Under the pieces are notes generated by a model, which saw only the letters and a program-made list of their open reading frames with translations, made no database searches and was not told where the DNA came from. This document shows, one piece after another, positions 36,701-44,796 of a stretch of DNA of 57,014 bases. A program made the translations under genes and the position numbers. The stretch is from Candidatus Nanoarchaeia archaeon (GTDB taxonomy: Archaea > Nanobdellota > Nanobdellia > Woesearchaeales > UBA12501), in contig DATDYN010000059.1 of NCBI GenBank assembly GCA_035289005.1, forward strand, positions 1 to 57,014, written 5' to 3'. How positions within the stretch are numbered: position 1 is the stretch's first letter; every line of letters starts with the position of its first letter.

Positions 36701-39700
36701 ATTATTACAACACGCACGGCACAAGCGCCTCTTACACCAACATATGGAACCTGACGCTCACAGGCAAGACAAATGAGGGCGACGGCACAGGGTACTTCAT
36801 AGGAAAAGTGACCATAGTGAATTCAAGCTTCATCAATGTAGGGAATAACACTCTCGCGAATAATTTCTATGGGGTGCTGATAATAAACTCAAGCAATATC
36901 ACCGTATGGGGCAATAAGCTGCAGAATAACAGCGCGGTCATCGCTCCTTCATTCGGTGGAGCTGGATTATTCGTGATGGACTCGCGGAAGATAGACATAT
37001 TCAATAATAATGCCTCGCTGAACATGATGGGATATTACCTTAAAGACTCGACACTGGTCAATCTGACGAACAATACTGCCATCCTGAACAAATACCGGGA
37101 AGATGTTGATATTGACAACTTATGGAATTACGGCCAGGGATTCCGAGCTTCGAATGTCAATGACTCTTACTTCCTGAACAATACCGCTGATTCCAACAAC
37201 GCTTCAGGGATGCTTTTCACTGATGGAAGCAATACCAGCGTTAATGGGAACACCGCATTGAGGAATCTTTACGGGATACAGCTTGACTCTTCCAATGTGA
37301 CGTTGATATCGAACACGATGACTGAAAATACGATGGCTGGACTTATGCTGAAGAACACTGAGAATAATACTTACAGCGATGATTATGGGAACGTGATATT
37401 CAACAACACAGGGGCGGGAGTGCTGTTCTTCTCAGCGGCCAATTCCAACATCTCCTCATTGATCTCTTATAACAACAGCATAGGATTCCATTACTATGAC
37501 AGCATAGGACTCATATCCTACAACCTCAACGCGAGCCGTAACGCTTTCGGCTATCTCTTCAATACCTCTTATGACAATAAAGTGCTGCAGTCAACAGTGA
37601 TAAACAGCACAGAGGCGGATTTCTACTTCAGCACAGCGATGAACAACACGATCATAGATTCGTACACCATAAATAATGGGACTGGCAATGCGACTTTCTC
37701 AAGGGACGCCTCAAGCAATACCCTGCTCAATGTCACTTTCAACAAATCCTCTTATGGGTTCGAGGACGATGATTCTAACCTCACTGTAAGATGGCATCTT
37801 GATTTCCTTGTGCAGGACAATGAGAGCGTGCTTTACGGGATGAATATCCCCATCTCAGGAGTCAACATAAGCGTAGTCAGTGCTCTAGGAGTAGCAGAAT
37901 CCACGTTCACCGACGCTTATGGTTATGCCTTCCTCAACGCGACTGATTATGTGCAGAACAAGAGCGCGAAGCAGAACATGAACAATTATACCTGGAATGT
38001 CTCAAAATCAGGTTACAACTTCACAGGAAATCTTGCTTCTCCCTATGTTGTCAGTGCAAATATGACAATAAACCGAGCCTTCAATCTCAGCATGCTGCTC
38101 GCGGGAGGGGTAGAGGATGTTGATCCACCTACAGCCCCTATAGTTGTTGATGGTCCCAATTATGTCGATCTTGATTGGACAAGCAACAGGACAGCGCTGA
38201 CAGCTTCCTGGTACAATTCCACTGACAGGAGCCTGATATTCTATTCTTACAGGATATTTGACAATGGGACATGCCTCACAGGATACTGTGGAGAGACGAG
38301 CGCTTCGCAGAGCACGCAAGTGACCGTAGGAGGCCTCACGCTGCAGGAAGGCCACAACTACACTTTCGCTGTGCGCGCAAGAGACACGAAATATTTCTTC
38401 TCCCCTTACACATTCTCAGATGGGATAACAGCGGATTTTACTGCCCCTAATGTCACAGTGAACAGCTCGACGCACCCGAATGAATCGCAATGGTACTCCA
38501 ATAACAATGTCACCCTGATATTTTCCGCCACGGACGCACTGTCTGGAGTGGAGACATTCAGCTATCTGCTTGACGCGAGCAACGGCACAGGGCCTGATTT
38601 TGTCGCTGAGACTGTCGCCCCTCAATCATTGAAGACGATGAAGAACACAGGAGACAAGATAACCCTTAAGACGAACGGCACAGGGACTGCGCGAGCGATA
38701 TTCATAAGATTGATAAATAATCTTACTGTCGGAGATGTGTTGTCGCTCTCTTTCGCGGCCACTGAAGACACGCAGGATACTACTGACAAGATGACTGTGC
38801 TCGCTTACGCGATTCCCGGAACCACGACATTGGCTTCAGTGGATCATTCAAGCCAGGCGATAAGCCAGATAACGAACATGACAGCAGACATCACAAGCAG
38901 GGCTTACAGGACAGCGGACACTTACACCGCAGATATAACAATCACTACAGCGCTCAACGGCTCATTCTATGTCGTGCTCGCGGGATCAAGCGTTGATGAT
39001 GATAACACCTATAATCTCTCGCTCGCCGCGTCAACGACAGATCTGGATACAAGCGTCGAGAAGACAATGTGCATAGAATCAGGAGGGTGCAGCAATATAA
39101 CCTCGACAAGAGATGTCGCTGTATCGATCAACCTGAAGAGCAACGCAAGCACACGCACAAAGACCTATACGAATCTCGCTGATGGCGAACACTGGTTCCA
39201 TGCGCGCGCGCAGGACAAGGCAGGCAATTGGGGAGAGCCGCGGCATTTCAGATTAGGGATAGACGCGGTCAATGGAACCCCAATATTCACACTGGTAAGG
39301 CCTAGAGGGTTCATAGCGACAACCTCCCCGACATTGACAGCGGTATTGAGCGAACGGACAACTTGCTATGCTAACACGACAAACGCCTCAGGAGTGAGGA
39401 TGACCTCTTTTGACGGATTGAGGCATGAGCTTGATCTCTCCCTTTCTGAAGGCACGCACACTTACGGATTCAACTGCACTGACACTGCAGGCAACAGGGT
39501 GTTCAATACAACGACATTCACGATAAACCGCACAGTGATTCCTGATACTATAACCATAAGCGCGATAGGGATAGTGCCTGCGCTCTCAGCAGTCAGCGCA
39601 ACGATAAACGCATCAAGAGTGTTCGAAGGGTCAGGATACGGAGTCGGAGAGCTCGCGAAGAGCTTCACTTTCAACATCACTAATTCCAGTTCAGTCACCA

Positions 39701-40290
39701 CAGCCATATTCGCGACAGTGGTTGATATGGGTGAAGGGATCTACAGAGTGACTTTCCTCGCTCCTTCCACAGCAGGAGATTACACATTGCGCGCAGCAGT
39801 GAACGGGATAACAGACACTGAAGACTTCACTGTGGCATCCTCAACGCTGACTATAAAATTCACAAAGACCCTTCCGGGACCTAACAAACAGGCACGGCTT
39901 GCGTTCTCAACGATAGGCAAAGACTACACGGTAGGTTTAGGGTCTGATGAGTATTCAGCGTCTACAACAGGAACGACAACCTCTTTGCTCAAGCTCGCTT
40001 ACGCTCCGGCGAATGGCAACGCGTTCATAATAGTCACTAACTCTTTGGGGGATGTAGGGAAAATCGCTGAATTCCTCAATGATGCTTCGTTCCTTGACCT
40101 GAGCGAGCCTGCTTTCGGATACGCTCTCACAGACCTGGAGAACACCGCGATGGCTGCGCTCTCTTATGACCAGATAGACATAATCGGCAGCGAAGACTTG
40201 CCTCCAGGAAGGCATTCCCTGCTTGTCAAGAACTCAGGGGTCAACTCGACTTCAGGACGCACGATGATAACTGTCAGCGCGATATCTTAA
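30727..40290 (+). CDS. Giant (3187 aa) N-terminally anchored surface protein: blade-repeat region with two nested LamG/ConA-like domains, Ig-like modules, long parallel beta-helix (PbH1) region, transthyretin-like and FN3/Ig-like C-terminal modules
   Basis: Uninterrupted 9.56-kb ORF; hydrophobic N-terminal helix LLAALFLAIISMSLFSIFAQSA; motifs are quoted in the findings. The track start is GTG 30727; in-frame alternatives are TTG 30742, TTG 30772 (gives MNSRHKLLAALF..., a classic signal peptide) and ATG 30823. Confidence 0.9.
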   Translation: MRGSSLKGAKRGRDTLNSRHKLLAALFLAIISMSLFSIFAQSANIMLAELISSESNKESENPAIAIDNIDRLHMVWEESGSTSSSLTGQQGLPETGHDSDIFYKYKKNSSLAAKTYSSTEGRIVGGLQIVSNDSAMQSQRPAIATDSRGLAHIVWEELAQPIKIIADANTTFLVRFDGSTDANYSAGTDVPSVQEDITFNNDGAINKSVTISTLTGRLVYPASGNVNNNIGTVEFWFRPEYTSKDHGLLSSTVLFQLYNSDTEKITARLIISKNRFYLKTSINNDNDNGLLFAPADRFFPWSKNEWHHFALTYDFDANRYKMYADGDLIAQNLSAIFIQPALSSGNITLGNTVGRNAGTKTTIDEFRIMSNVLSAAEIKEDASNRSIQYKRVNISDDEKGPQWSAQEQVSLPSDTNLSYAPSIALGADNSIYVVWNSMHNTSSMDVLYRRKNTTSWSNIEVVSNVSKIALMPDIAVDNRNASLVVWQDFTNASLSLSMIVFANRSSTGVWSDYENVSNVSHASDDPADIINWVEEAQTTTISKPRIILDNQSRVHIAWSDTNIYPRDNLIFFAPYDRDFNATIAGGNGTGFISSGTTPDILRGRNATEYNIVNYDSLNGAFINETDYLNYSSAGNFNASMGAIAAWIKLDWNASMSLTDLKTHTILAAQSEDTSISDSNIFQFGIIANSGTLYLLMLIRDSSGTAFAVSGGNSNLSEWNYREWHHVGASWNVNNSLGQREIDLFVDGVEVTNVSITPDSTAPIDILQPTRLIIGADYDKDNELYRNQLNGTIDDLMIFNTTMEAWQFNALKDHLPVILHRRKDNTGWSRVNLVSNQSKYAALVPNLAESGNRIYLTWAEEFSPYTFNSTDYRYGGFSKIQYAIYNKTSARITNLGTLNDESLKDASNPDITANESKIYFIWEDDSEIMGTDSDIYFREITNTSLPLVAVGYPAGGETFTGDFIVNATAADEDSTINNLTFYYTGNNGLNGEFICDDATSPYSCTWKIASVSEDYYSVKVIANSDDGGRGTNISKLSYIDSNPNVRLYRINESGNTLGNHKAFQRGYLEANETKANISLGTEMGSEASQQQLTAASSSDANYWNTSLKPTSCQGQFYYYNNQIFKFIINESADDISSMKMNWRGYGQINGLLSDMNTSIFIWNSASGIWELIYEELPTEVKDIAVSHTISSNFGNYLNGTDNAFFILAQTREWALCIGGGCPRYSSWNSITGKYEFESDGIIGMLNSKMNKKTYDRLDMLTASRKAVEEHGKKDDASEEKEANPENDSDKIRIMISENAPETAFMDYSSLIIATHPERTQVLLDSSGIPHTIREEDIQGVQCRDKARRDCTALVASADDRPRIAAPSTMNGLAGGRSPADIHHSEKSWVSDISSIDPWKTASEDNGKKTSEEEGSSVEDDGLEDYIEITLPENRRNSKMAKLIVSASETGFKSFAENEIAEILKKVLGYGSIGLAYSLQEEEPYAGIVRSQVRRSNMMSIKMKDEEERWMPYPGLEEGASDYKTMVFPINLSLLNDDRLRIQTGTLTHYIDHVGIDYAPDEEVTLKTVQPRQQELSEMDDRKEIIISYPDSIGLVFDPPQVLDEERSKSRTYFLATAGYYHPGELESQTDNDENLISKSVARAKALAALLKNNLSRRMILEDSFGERYLLDRYIHLKNASFNMSSNPENARMNTMYTNMISVVVSTCTIPFDGMTIAQNTSLCPGIYNIPNDDPINNPAVVRITGKTGLRLNCNGATLIGGCTEPEKGQCAGSGVGIGINYSTDIEVTNCNITGYEIAIGANASSGIMIKDSEVRGNYVGIGFEGTNSSTVRNNTISESGYVGFGGVLYNYNDIVINNSFFKNFVAIGISNTYSSAFENNYINQSCDRISSGDYACSRSTIVPVGAIAVQKNSNGNTIKNNTIFGGLLGIGLVDASIIIPGSESLPSGIDNNFSRNAVNGTALFGIGILSAYNQDYYNYFGQDNTVNGEITHYYYNTHGTSASYTNIWNLTLTGKTNEGDGTGYFIGKVTIVNSSFINVGNNTLANNFYGVLIINSSNITVWGNKLQNNSAVIAPSFGGAGLFVMDSRKIDIFNNNASLNMMGYYLKDSTLVNLTNNTAILNKYREDVDIDNLWNYGQGFRASNVNDSYFLNNTADSNNASGMLFTDGSNTSVNGNTALRNLYGIQLDSSNVTLISNTMTENTMAGLMLKNTENNTYSDDYGNVIFNNTGAGVLFFSAANSNISSLISYNNSIGFHYYDSIGLISYNLNASRNAFGYLFNTSYDNKVLQSTVINSTEADFYFSTAMNNTIIDSYTINNGTGNATFSRDASSNTLLNVTFNKSSYGFEDDDSNLTVRWHLDFLVQDNESVLYGMNIPISGVNISVVSALGVAESTFTDAYGYAFLNATDYVQNKSAKQNMNNYTWNVSKSGYNFTGNLASPYVVSANMTINRAFNLSMLLAGGVEDVDPPTAPIVVDGPNYVDLDWTSNRTALTASWYNSTDRSLIFYSYRIFDNGTCLTGYCGETSASQSTQVTVGGLTLQEGHNYTFAVRARDTKYFFSPYTFSDGITADFTAPNVTVNSSTHPNESQWYSNNNVTLIFSATDALSGVETFSYLLDASNGTGPDFVAETVAPQSLKTMKNTGDKITLKTNGTGTARAIFIRLINNLTVGDVLSLSFAATEDTQDTTDKMTVLAYAIPGTTTLASVDHSSQAISQITNMTADITSRAYRTADTYTADITITTALNGSFYVVLAGSSVDDDNTYNLSLAASTTDLDTSVEKTMCIESGGCSNITSTRDVAVSINLKSNASTRTKTYTNLADGEHWFHARAQDKAGNWGEPRHFRLGIDAVNGTPIFTLVRPRGFIATTSPTLTAVLSERTTCYANTTNASGVRMTSFDGLRHELDLSLSEGTHTYGFNCTDTAGNRVFNTTTFTINRTVIPDTITISAIGIVPALSAVSATINASRVFEGSGYGVGELAKSFTFNITNSSSVTTAIFATVVDMGEGIYRVTFLAPSTAGDYTLRAAVNGITDTEDFTVASSTLTIKFTKTLPGPNKQARLAFSTIGKDYTVGLGSDEYSASTTGTTTSLLKLAYAPANGNAFIIVTNSLGDVGKIAEFLNDASFLDLSEPAFGYALTDLENTAMAALSYDQIDIIGSEDLPPGRHSLLVKNSGVNSTSGRTMITVSAIS

Positions 40291-40382
40291 GCTGCTTTTT
40301 GATCACATCAGCCATGATCGCTGCGACGCGGATAGCAATAAGAAGGGATAATGGGTAATGACCAATATATGGAGGATTACGG

Positions 40383-40913
40383 ATGCGATTGTTCAGAAGC
40401 CGGAAGTCGCAGCTTTATCTCCTTGCGGTCCTGATAATATGCATAGCGGTATTCACAGTAGTGCAGACATTCAGCAGGACAACCAAAGAGCGGTCAGATT
40501 TCGCTGATATCGCTGAGAATTTCATGAGCGAAGCGCCGCAGATGGTCGACGGATCACTCGCGTCAGAGCATAATCTGACTGAGGACATGGTGAGGTTCAC
40601 AGACAGGTTCATAGCGCACGCGAAGGCAAAGAATATAAACCTTGAGATACTCACGCTGCTTGTGAGAGACAGTTCAATCATGATAAATAACAGGATGCTA
40701 TCCTCTGTCAACGTGACAACAGCAGCAGGAACAACCGTATTGACAAGCATGAACATAACCTCAATAAGCACGTCATCTGTGATAAGCAATGTCCTGAAGA
40801 CCGTGGCTAAAGGGCAGGCTTACCAGTTCACGATCACTGAAGGAGCGCCAGAGTTCAAGGCGGTGATATCAGCGACACACCTCAATCAGACAGATGTGAG
40901 GGTTTACGGCTGA
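40383..40913 (+). CDS. Pilin-like small protein (basic N-terminus + hydrophobic helix)
   Basis: 176-aa ORF; MRLFRSRKSQLYLLAVLIICIAVFTVV (possible cleavage before Q); GGAGG 7 nt upstream of the ATG, 92 nt after the giant gene stop. Confidence 0.55.
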   Translation: MRLFRSRKSQLYLLAVLIICIAVFTVVQTFSRTTKERSDFADIAENFMSEAPQMVDGSLASEHNLTEDMVRFTDRFIAHAKAKNINLEILTLLVRDSSIMINNRMLSSVNVTTAAGTTVLTSMNITSISTSSVISNVLKTVAKGQAYQFTITEGAPEFKAVISATHLNQTDVRVYG

Positions 40914-40973
40914 TCGCTCTGATCAGAGAGAGCAAGAAAGATTTAGTCGTGCCATAGAAATTCGGAGAATGTC

Positions 40974-41504
40974 ATGAATCGCGGAAATAACAATAGAGAT
41001 GCGTCAATCCTTGACGAGATTAGATCGCTCGCCAATTCAAAGAGGGGGATAACTCCCTGGATTTCCTGGATAATACTTGTCACATTCGTGATATTTGTAG
41101 GCGCGCTGGTCTCTACCTGGATGAAAGACCAGGTCAATGACTCTGTGGACACTCTCAAAGATAAAGCTTCCCTGACAGAGAGCTGCGATGGCGCAGGAAT
41201 CGATGTGAGAAATATAGTCCAGAAGAGCTCTCAGACTCTTGAGATGATAGTGATAAACACTTATGATACCAGGATAGACCAGCTGGTGATAACTGCCTAT
41301 ACAAGCGGGAAAGGGGTGGTATCTACAGGCACATCAAATGTTACTATAAGGCCTAACAGCAACAAGACCGTGCTGTTCAGCGCGAACTCAACCACAGCTA
41401 TCCTGAAAATCATCCCTGTCTATTTCGAGGACAAGGAAGGCAGCGACAGGAAAAGAAGAGTATGCTCAGACAAGGCAGTCGAAAGGAATATCACGGCAGG
41501 ATAA
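40974..41504 (+). CDS. Pilin-like protein with class III-type signal and Cys-framed beta-domain
   Basis: 176-aa ORF; NSKRG/ITPWISWIILVTFVIFVGALV; globular part with strand motif LEMIVINTYDTRIDQLVI and Cys near both ends. Confidence 0.6.
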   Translation: MNRGNNNRDASILDEIRSLANSKRGITPWISWIILVTFVIFVGALVSTWMKDQVNDSVDTLKDKASLTESCDGAGIDVRNIVQKSSQTLEMIVINTYDTRIDQLVITAYTSGKGVVSTGTSNVTIRPNSNKTVLFSANSTTAILKIIPVYFEDKEGSDRKRRVCSDKAVERNITAG

Positions 41505-41648
41505 GGAATGTTCTCTTGAAAGCAAGAAGATATCAATATTCAGAAGAAAGCCAGCCAAACAACAAGATATATAAATAAGAAAGCATTTTTCCTCCCAAAT
41601 AAGGCGCATAAACGCCTCAATCCCATAATAAGCTGTCAAATCTTAAGA

Positions 41649-41990
41649 TTGTCAGAGAGAAAAAGAGGTGTATTATTGAGCGGTAAAGAGCTGCTTCCTA
41701 TAGAGAGGGAGATAATCGAGCTTGAGCTTGAGAAATCACGCATTGACAGGGAGAAATCGATGCTTGTCCTCAATAAAGGGCTGTTCTTATACTTCTGCTT
41801 CCTTTTCGTCGCGGTGATAGGTTTCGTGAACGGGTTCATCAGCAAAGACCTTCTCAATATCCTCATAATCATGAGCTTATGCGTGATAGTTATCGCCACT
41901 CTGCCTTATATCAGGATAATGCACCGTGAAGAGCGCAAGCTTGTCAATCTCATAGAGCATCTGAAGGCGAAAAAGAGGGGAATGGTATGA
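41649..41990 (+). CDS. Small two-TM membrane protein with N-terminal charged helix
   Basis: 113-aa ORF (TTG start in the track; alternative TTG 41676 lies 6 nt after GAGGTG); TM helices LFLYFCFLFVAVIGFVNGF and ILIIMSLCVIVIATL. Confidence 0.5.
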   Translation: MSERKRGVLLSGKELLPIEREIIELELEKSRIDREKSMLVLNKGLFLYFCFLFVAVIGFVNGFISKDLLNILIIMSLCVIVIATLPYIRIMHREERKLVNLIEHLKAKKRGMV

Positions 41991-42586
41991 AGAGCGCAAA
42001 AATAGCGGGCAGAAAAAACTGCGGCAGATCAGGAACGGATCATCATTCCCAACCCATATTCTCAGTCAGGATACCACGGATAGGCATACTTCCAGCAGGC
42101 AAGAGAGGGGTTTCTCCGCTCATCGCCACAGTGCTGCTCATAGCTTTCGCGGTCGCTCTAGGCGCGGTAGTCATGAACTGGGGAAGAGGATATGTCGAAG
42201 AGACCCAGGATTTCGCGAGCCAGACCTCAAGGAGAGAGATCAAATGCAGCATTGACATAACCATGGAGATAATCAAGATAGGGGGCAGGAAACAGATATG
42301 CCTTGACAACCAGACGAACACTGTCAATTTCACGCTGCAGAACAGCGGGCCTGTCGATATCAAAGGGATACGTATCCAGGCGCTCAGCAATTCATCATCG
42401 ATAGTCAGCAATGAGCTTAATGAGACTTTCGAGACCGCAGTCCCCAAGAGGAGATACATAAATTATTCCTACACAGGAAATGGCAGTGTCTCGCAGGTCA
42501 GATTCACCCCATTGATAGAGATTGAAGAGAAGAAATCATGGTGTGCGCAGAACGTCCTGAAAGTAGAGGACATATCGATCTGTTAG
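41987..42586 (+). CDS. Archaeal type IV pilin (class III signal peptide, pilin N-terminal helix)
   Basis: GKRG/VSPLIATVLLIAFAVALGAVV is the canonical archaeal prepilin/flagellin-like N-terminal motif; unusually long ~40-aa leader; C-terminal Cys-framed domain with VNFTLQNSGPVDIKGIRI; ATGA overlap with the upstream gene. Confidence 0.85.
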   Translation: MKSAKIAGRKNCGRSGTDHHSQPIFSVRIPRIGILPAGKRGVSPLIATVLLIAFAVALGAVVMNWGRGYVEETQDFASQTSRREIKCSIDITMEIIKIGGRKQICLDNQTNTVNFTLQNSGPVDIKGIRIQALSNSSSIVSNELNETFETAVPKRRYINYSYTGNGSVSQVRFTPLIEIEEKKSWCAQNVLKVEDISIC

Positions 42587-42598
42587 CGCGCGGACTTT

Positions 42599-43030
42599 AT
42601 GGCTGAGCAGCACAGGAAAGTCACGCTTTATCTTTTCCTTCTTGCAGTCTTCCTTTTCCTTGTCGTGATAATAGTCACAAGAGGATATAAGGAGACCAAA
42701 GCGAGCACTGAATACTCGAATGCGACCACAAAATCTGTGCTCCAATGCAATTTCTTCTCGTTCTCAGTATCAAAAATGAGTTACGGCAGCGGGACGCTGC
42801 AGCTATCGATCAGCATAAGAGTGACAGACGAGAGCACCGCCCCTAAGAATTTCGTGATAAAGACCAGTGACCAGCAGCGGCGCATAAATATCCCTTATTA
42901 CCTGGATTTCACAGCCCCAGTGAAGATAGAGGATTTCATAATCGATGACAGGTTCACAATATATCCTGAAGATTGCCCACAGAACAGGAAAGAATGCGAT
43001 ATACAGCAGAAGAGCTGCGTTGTAGCATAA
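42599..43030 (+). CDS. Pilin-like small protein
   Basis: 143-aa ORF; MAEQHRKVTLYLFLLAVFLFLVVIIV N-terminal anchor; Cys-framed C-terminal domain (QCNFFSF...EDCPQNRKECDIQQKSC). Confidence 0.5.
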   Translation: MAEQHRKVTLYLFLLAVFLFLVVIIVTRGYKETKASTEYSNATTKSVLQCNFFSFSVSKMSYGSGTLQLSISIRVTDESTAPKNFVIKTSDQQRRINIPYYLDFTAPVKIEDFIIDDRFTIYPEDCPQNRKECDIQQKSCVVA

Positions 43031-43075
43031 CGAATTGCGCGGCTCATTCTGAAGAGCTCTAAAAGGTGAAGGATC

Positions 43076-43783
43076 ATGCTGAATATAATTCCGCAAGGGA
43101 AGAAAGCCCAGATCTGGGAGTCCGCTATACTCTACCTGCTTATAATCTCAGTAGTCATCGCGATAGTGCTTGAAGCCGGAGTGCCTATGATGGACAATCT
43201 CAGGGATAAGTCAGTAGTCATGCAGATCAGGGACAGCTTCATCAATCTTGACCAGCACATAAGGGAGATCAGCACAGCTGGGCCTGGCTCCCAGAGAGTC
43301 GTGCCTTTAGAGACGAAGAAAGGGACTCTTAAGGTCGATGACGGAAGGATATTGTGGAGCATGGACACTGAAGCGCAGATAATGCAGCCAGGGACAAGTC
43401 AGAAGTTCGGGAACATAAGGGTAGGAGTCAACGCTGACGTCAAGGCTTCAGAGACTTCCAACAGGTTCATCATCAGCAACAGCTTTGTGAGAGGGGTATT
43501 CAACAAGATAGGGAATTCATCGCATTATGTGCCGATAAACTCTTCATCGCTGATAAACCATCTCCAGTCTTTAGATACCGGAGCGACTGTGAACGGCACC
43601 TGGTCTTTCGAGATCGATGACGCTGAGATAGAAGGCAATGGCTATACTGCAATGCTTGACAAAGGCAATGACCTGCAGGAAGGGAGAGTGCTCTATCATC
43701 TCAATCTTAGCTCTGGGACAGAGCATGATCTCACGCTGATCCTGAGAGCCAACAGTGATTTCTTCATCGTGGAGATGAGGTGA
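43076..43783 (+). CDS. Pilin-like protein (largest of the set, 235 aa)
   Basis: GKKA/QIWESAILYLLIISVVIAIVLEAGV: basic residues, small residue, then Gln and a hydrophobic helix; AAGGTGA SD upstream. Confidence 0.6.
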   Translation: MLNIIPQGKKAQIWESAILYLLIISVVIAIVLEAGVPMMDNLRDKSVVMQIRDSFINLDQHIREISTAGPGSQRVVPLETKKGTLKVDDGRILWSMDTEAQIMQPGTSQKFGNIRVGVNADVKASETSNRFIISNSFVRGVFNKIGNSSHYVPINSSSLINHLQSLDTGATVNGTWSFEIDDAEIEGNGYTAMLDKGNDLQEGRVLYHLNLSSGTEHDLTLILRANSDFFIVEMR

Positions 43784-43805
43784 GGGAGAGAAAATAAAGA
43801 TATAT

Positions 43806-44549
43806 TCATGGAGCATATAACCGTGATACGGCTTCTTCCATTCCTTTTCTGTCCAGATTAGGATTTCTAAGAACTGCAAGAGTCTGCTCTAGTGTCGGTC
43901 GCGCAATTATTGAAGGCGTAATTTTTTTAACGACTGCGCCTCCGGCGCCTACCCCGACGAAGCGCCCAAAAATGTCAGAGTTGCGGTTGCCATCGAGGCC
44001 GTTACTGTAGTTGCTGAGATACGCCAGGCGCCCCTTTGGTTGCTTATTGTTAAAATCGACATCGTTGATCCTATGATAGCTTCCAACCACAGTCCAACCT
44101 TCTCCACCTGTTTCTTTCTTTCCAAAAAGCATTTTAGCCAAAGCTTCCCTGCAATCTGGAGAGCCAGCAATCATCAGAACTCTATCATCCTTCATAAATG
44201 AATCATAACCTAATTGTCCAGCAGGATTGATCACAAATTTATCTTTGTCTAATCTTGCAGAGATGCAGTAAGGAGTTCCAGGAATCGGGACCTTGCCTTT
44301 CCTTGCGTCTTCAAGATGCACTCTGACAATCTCCTTGCCAGCATACTGGCCTTTCTCGACAGCAACCCACTCATCATCAGGAATAAGCATGAAACCATAC
44401 TCTCCAATCTTAGAGAATGCCTTTTTCAAACCTTCAGCAGTAGCAAGAGAGCCGACAGAATGCCACGCTTCATAAGAACGATCTTCACCTCTTAACCCCT
44501 GATACTCCCCAGTGACTGTGTCAGCCCCATACCTGTCTGACTGCTTCAC
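43806..44549 (-). CDS. Hypothetical protein (247 aa), no family recognised; GTG start in the track
   Basis: Clean ORF convergent with the pilin-like genes (22 nt between stops); overlaps the upstream 65-codon ORF by 29 nt in the +1 frame. Confidence 0.6.
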   Translation of the reverse strand: MKQSDRYGADTVTGEYQGLRGEDRSYEAWHSVGSLATAEGLKKAFSKIGEYGFMLIPDDEWVAVEKGQYAGKEIVRVHLEDARKGKVPIPGTPYCISARLDKDKFVINPAGQLGYDSFMKDDRVLMIAGSPDCREALAKMLFGKKETGGEGWTVVGSYHRINDVDFNNKQPKGRLAYLSNYSNGLDGNRNSDIFGRFVGVGAGGAVVKKITPSIIARPTLEQTLAVLRNPNLDRKGMEEAVSRLYAP

Positions 44550-44718
44550 GAATTTTAGGCTGATTATTCATGGACTGGATCAATAAAGGCATATCAACAA
44601 CAGCAAGACCATGCTCCTTGACTAACTGTTCAGCTTGAAATCTTGCGTCAACATATCCTATCCTGTCCGTGATTGCTACAAGCACAGGAGACTCAGCTTG
44701 GTTGATTATATGTGGCAT
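44521..44718 (-). CDS. Hypothetical small protein (65 aa), or the N-terminal part of a frameshifted longer gene
   Basis: ATG 44718 preceded by GGAGGT 8 nt upstream; the ORF ends inside the start region of 43806..44549. Confidence 0.45.
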   Translation of the reverse strand: MPHIINQAESPVLVAITDRIGYVDARFQAEQLVKEHGLAVVDMPLLIQSMNNQPKIREAVRQVWG

Positions 44719-44796
44719 AGTAAATGACCTCCATTATATACCTTATTCCTTATGTATTTAGGAGTGGGGGTAGTAAACCGTTGAGGCCTCGGCTAT

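Noticed and set aside
30727-40290. Diversity-generating retroelement target (VR/TR pair) in the giant gene
   Set aside because: No reverse transcriptase gene is present in the window, and I noticed no long near-identical repeat differing at adenines. This cannot be excluded without a computational self-alignment.
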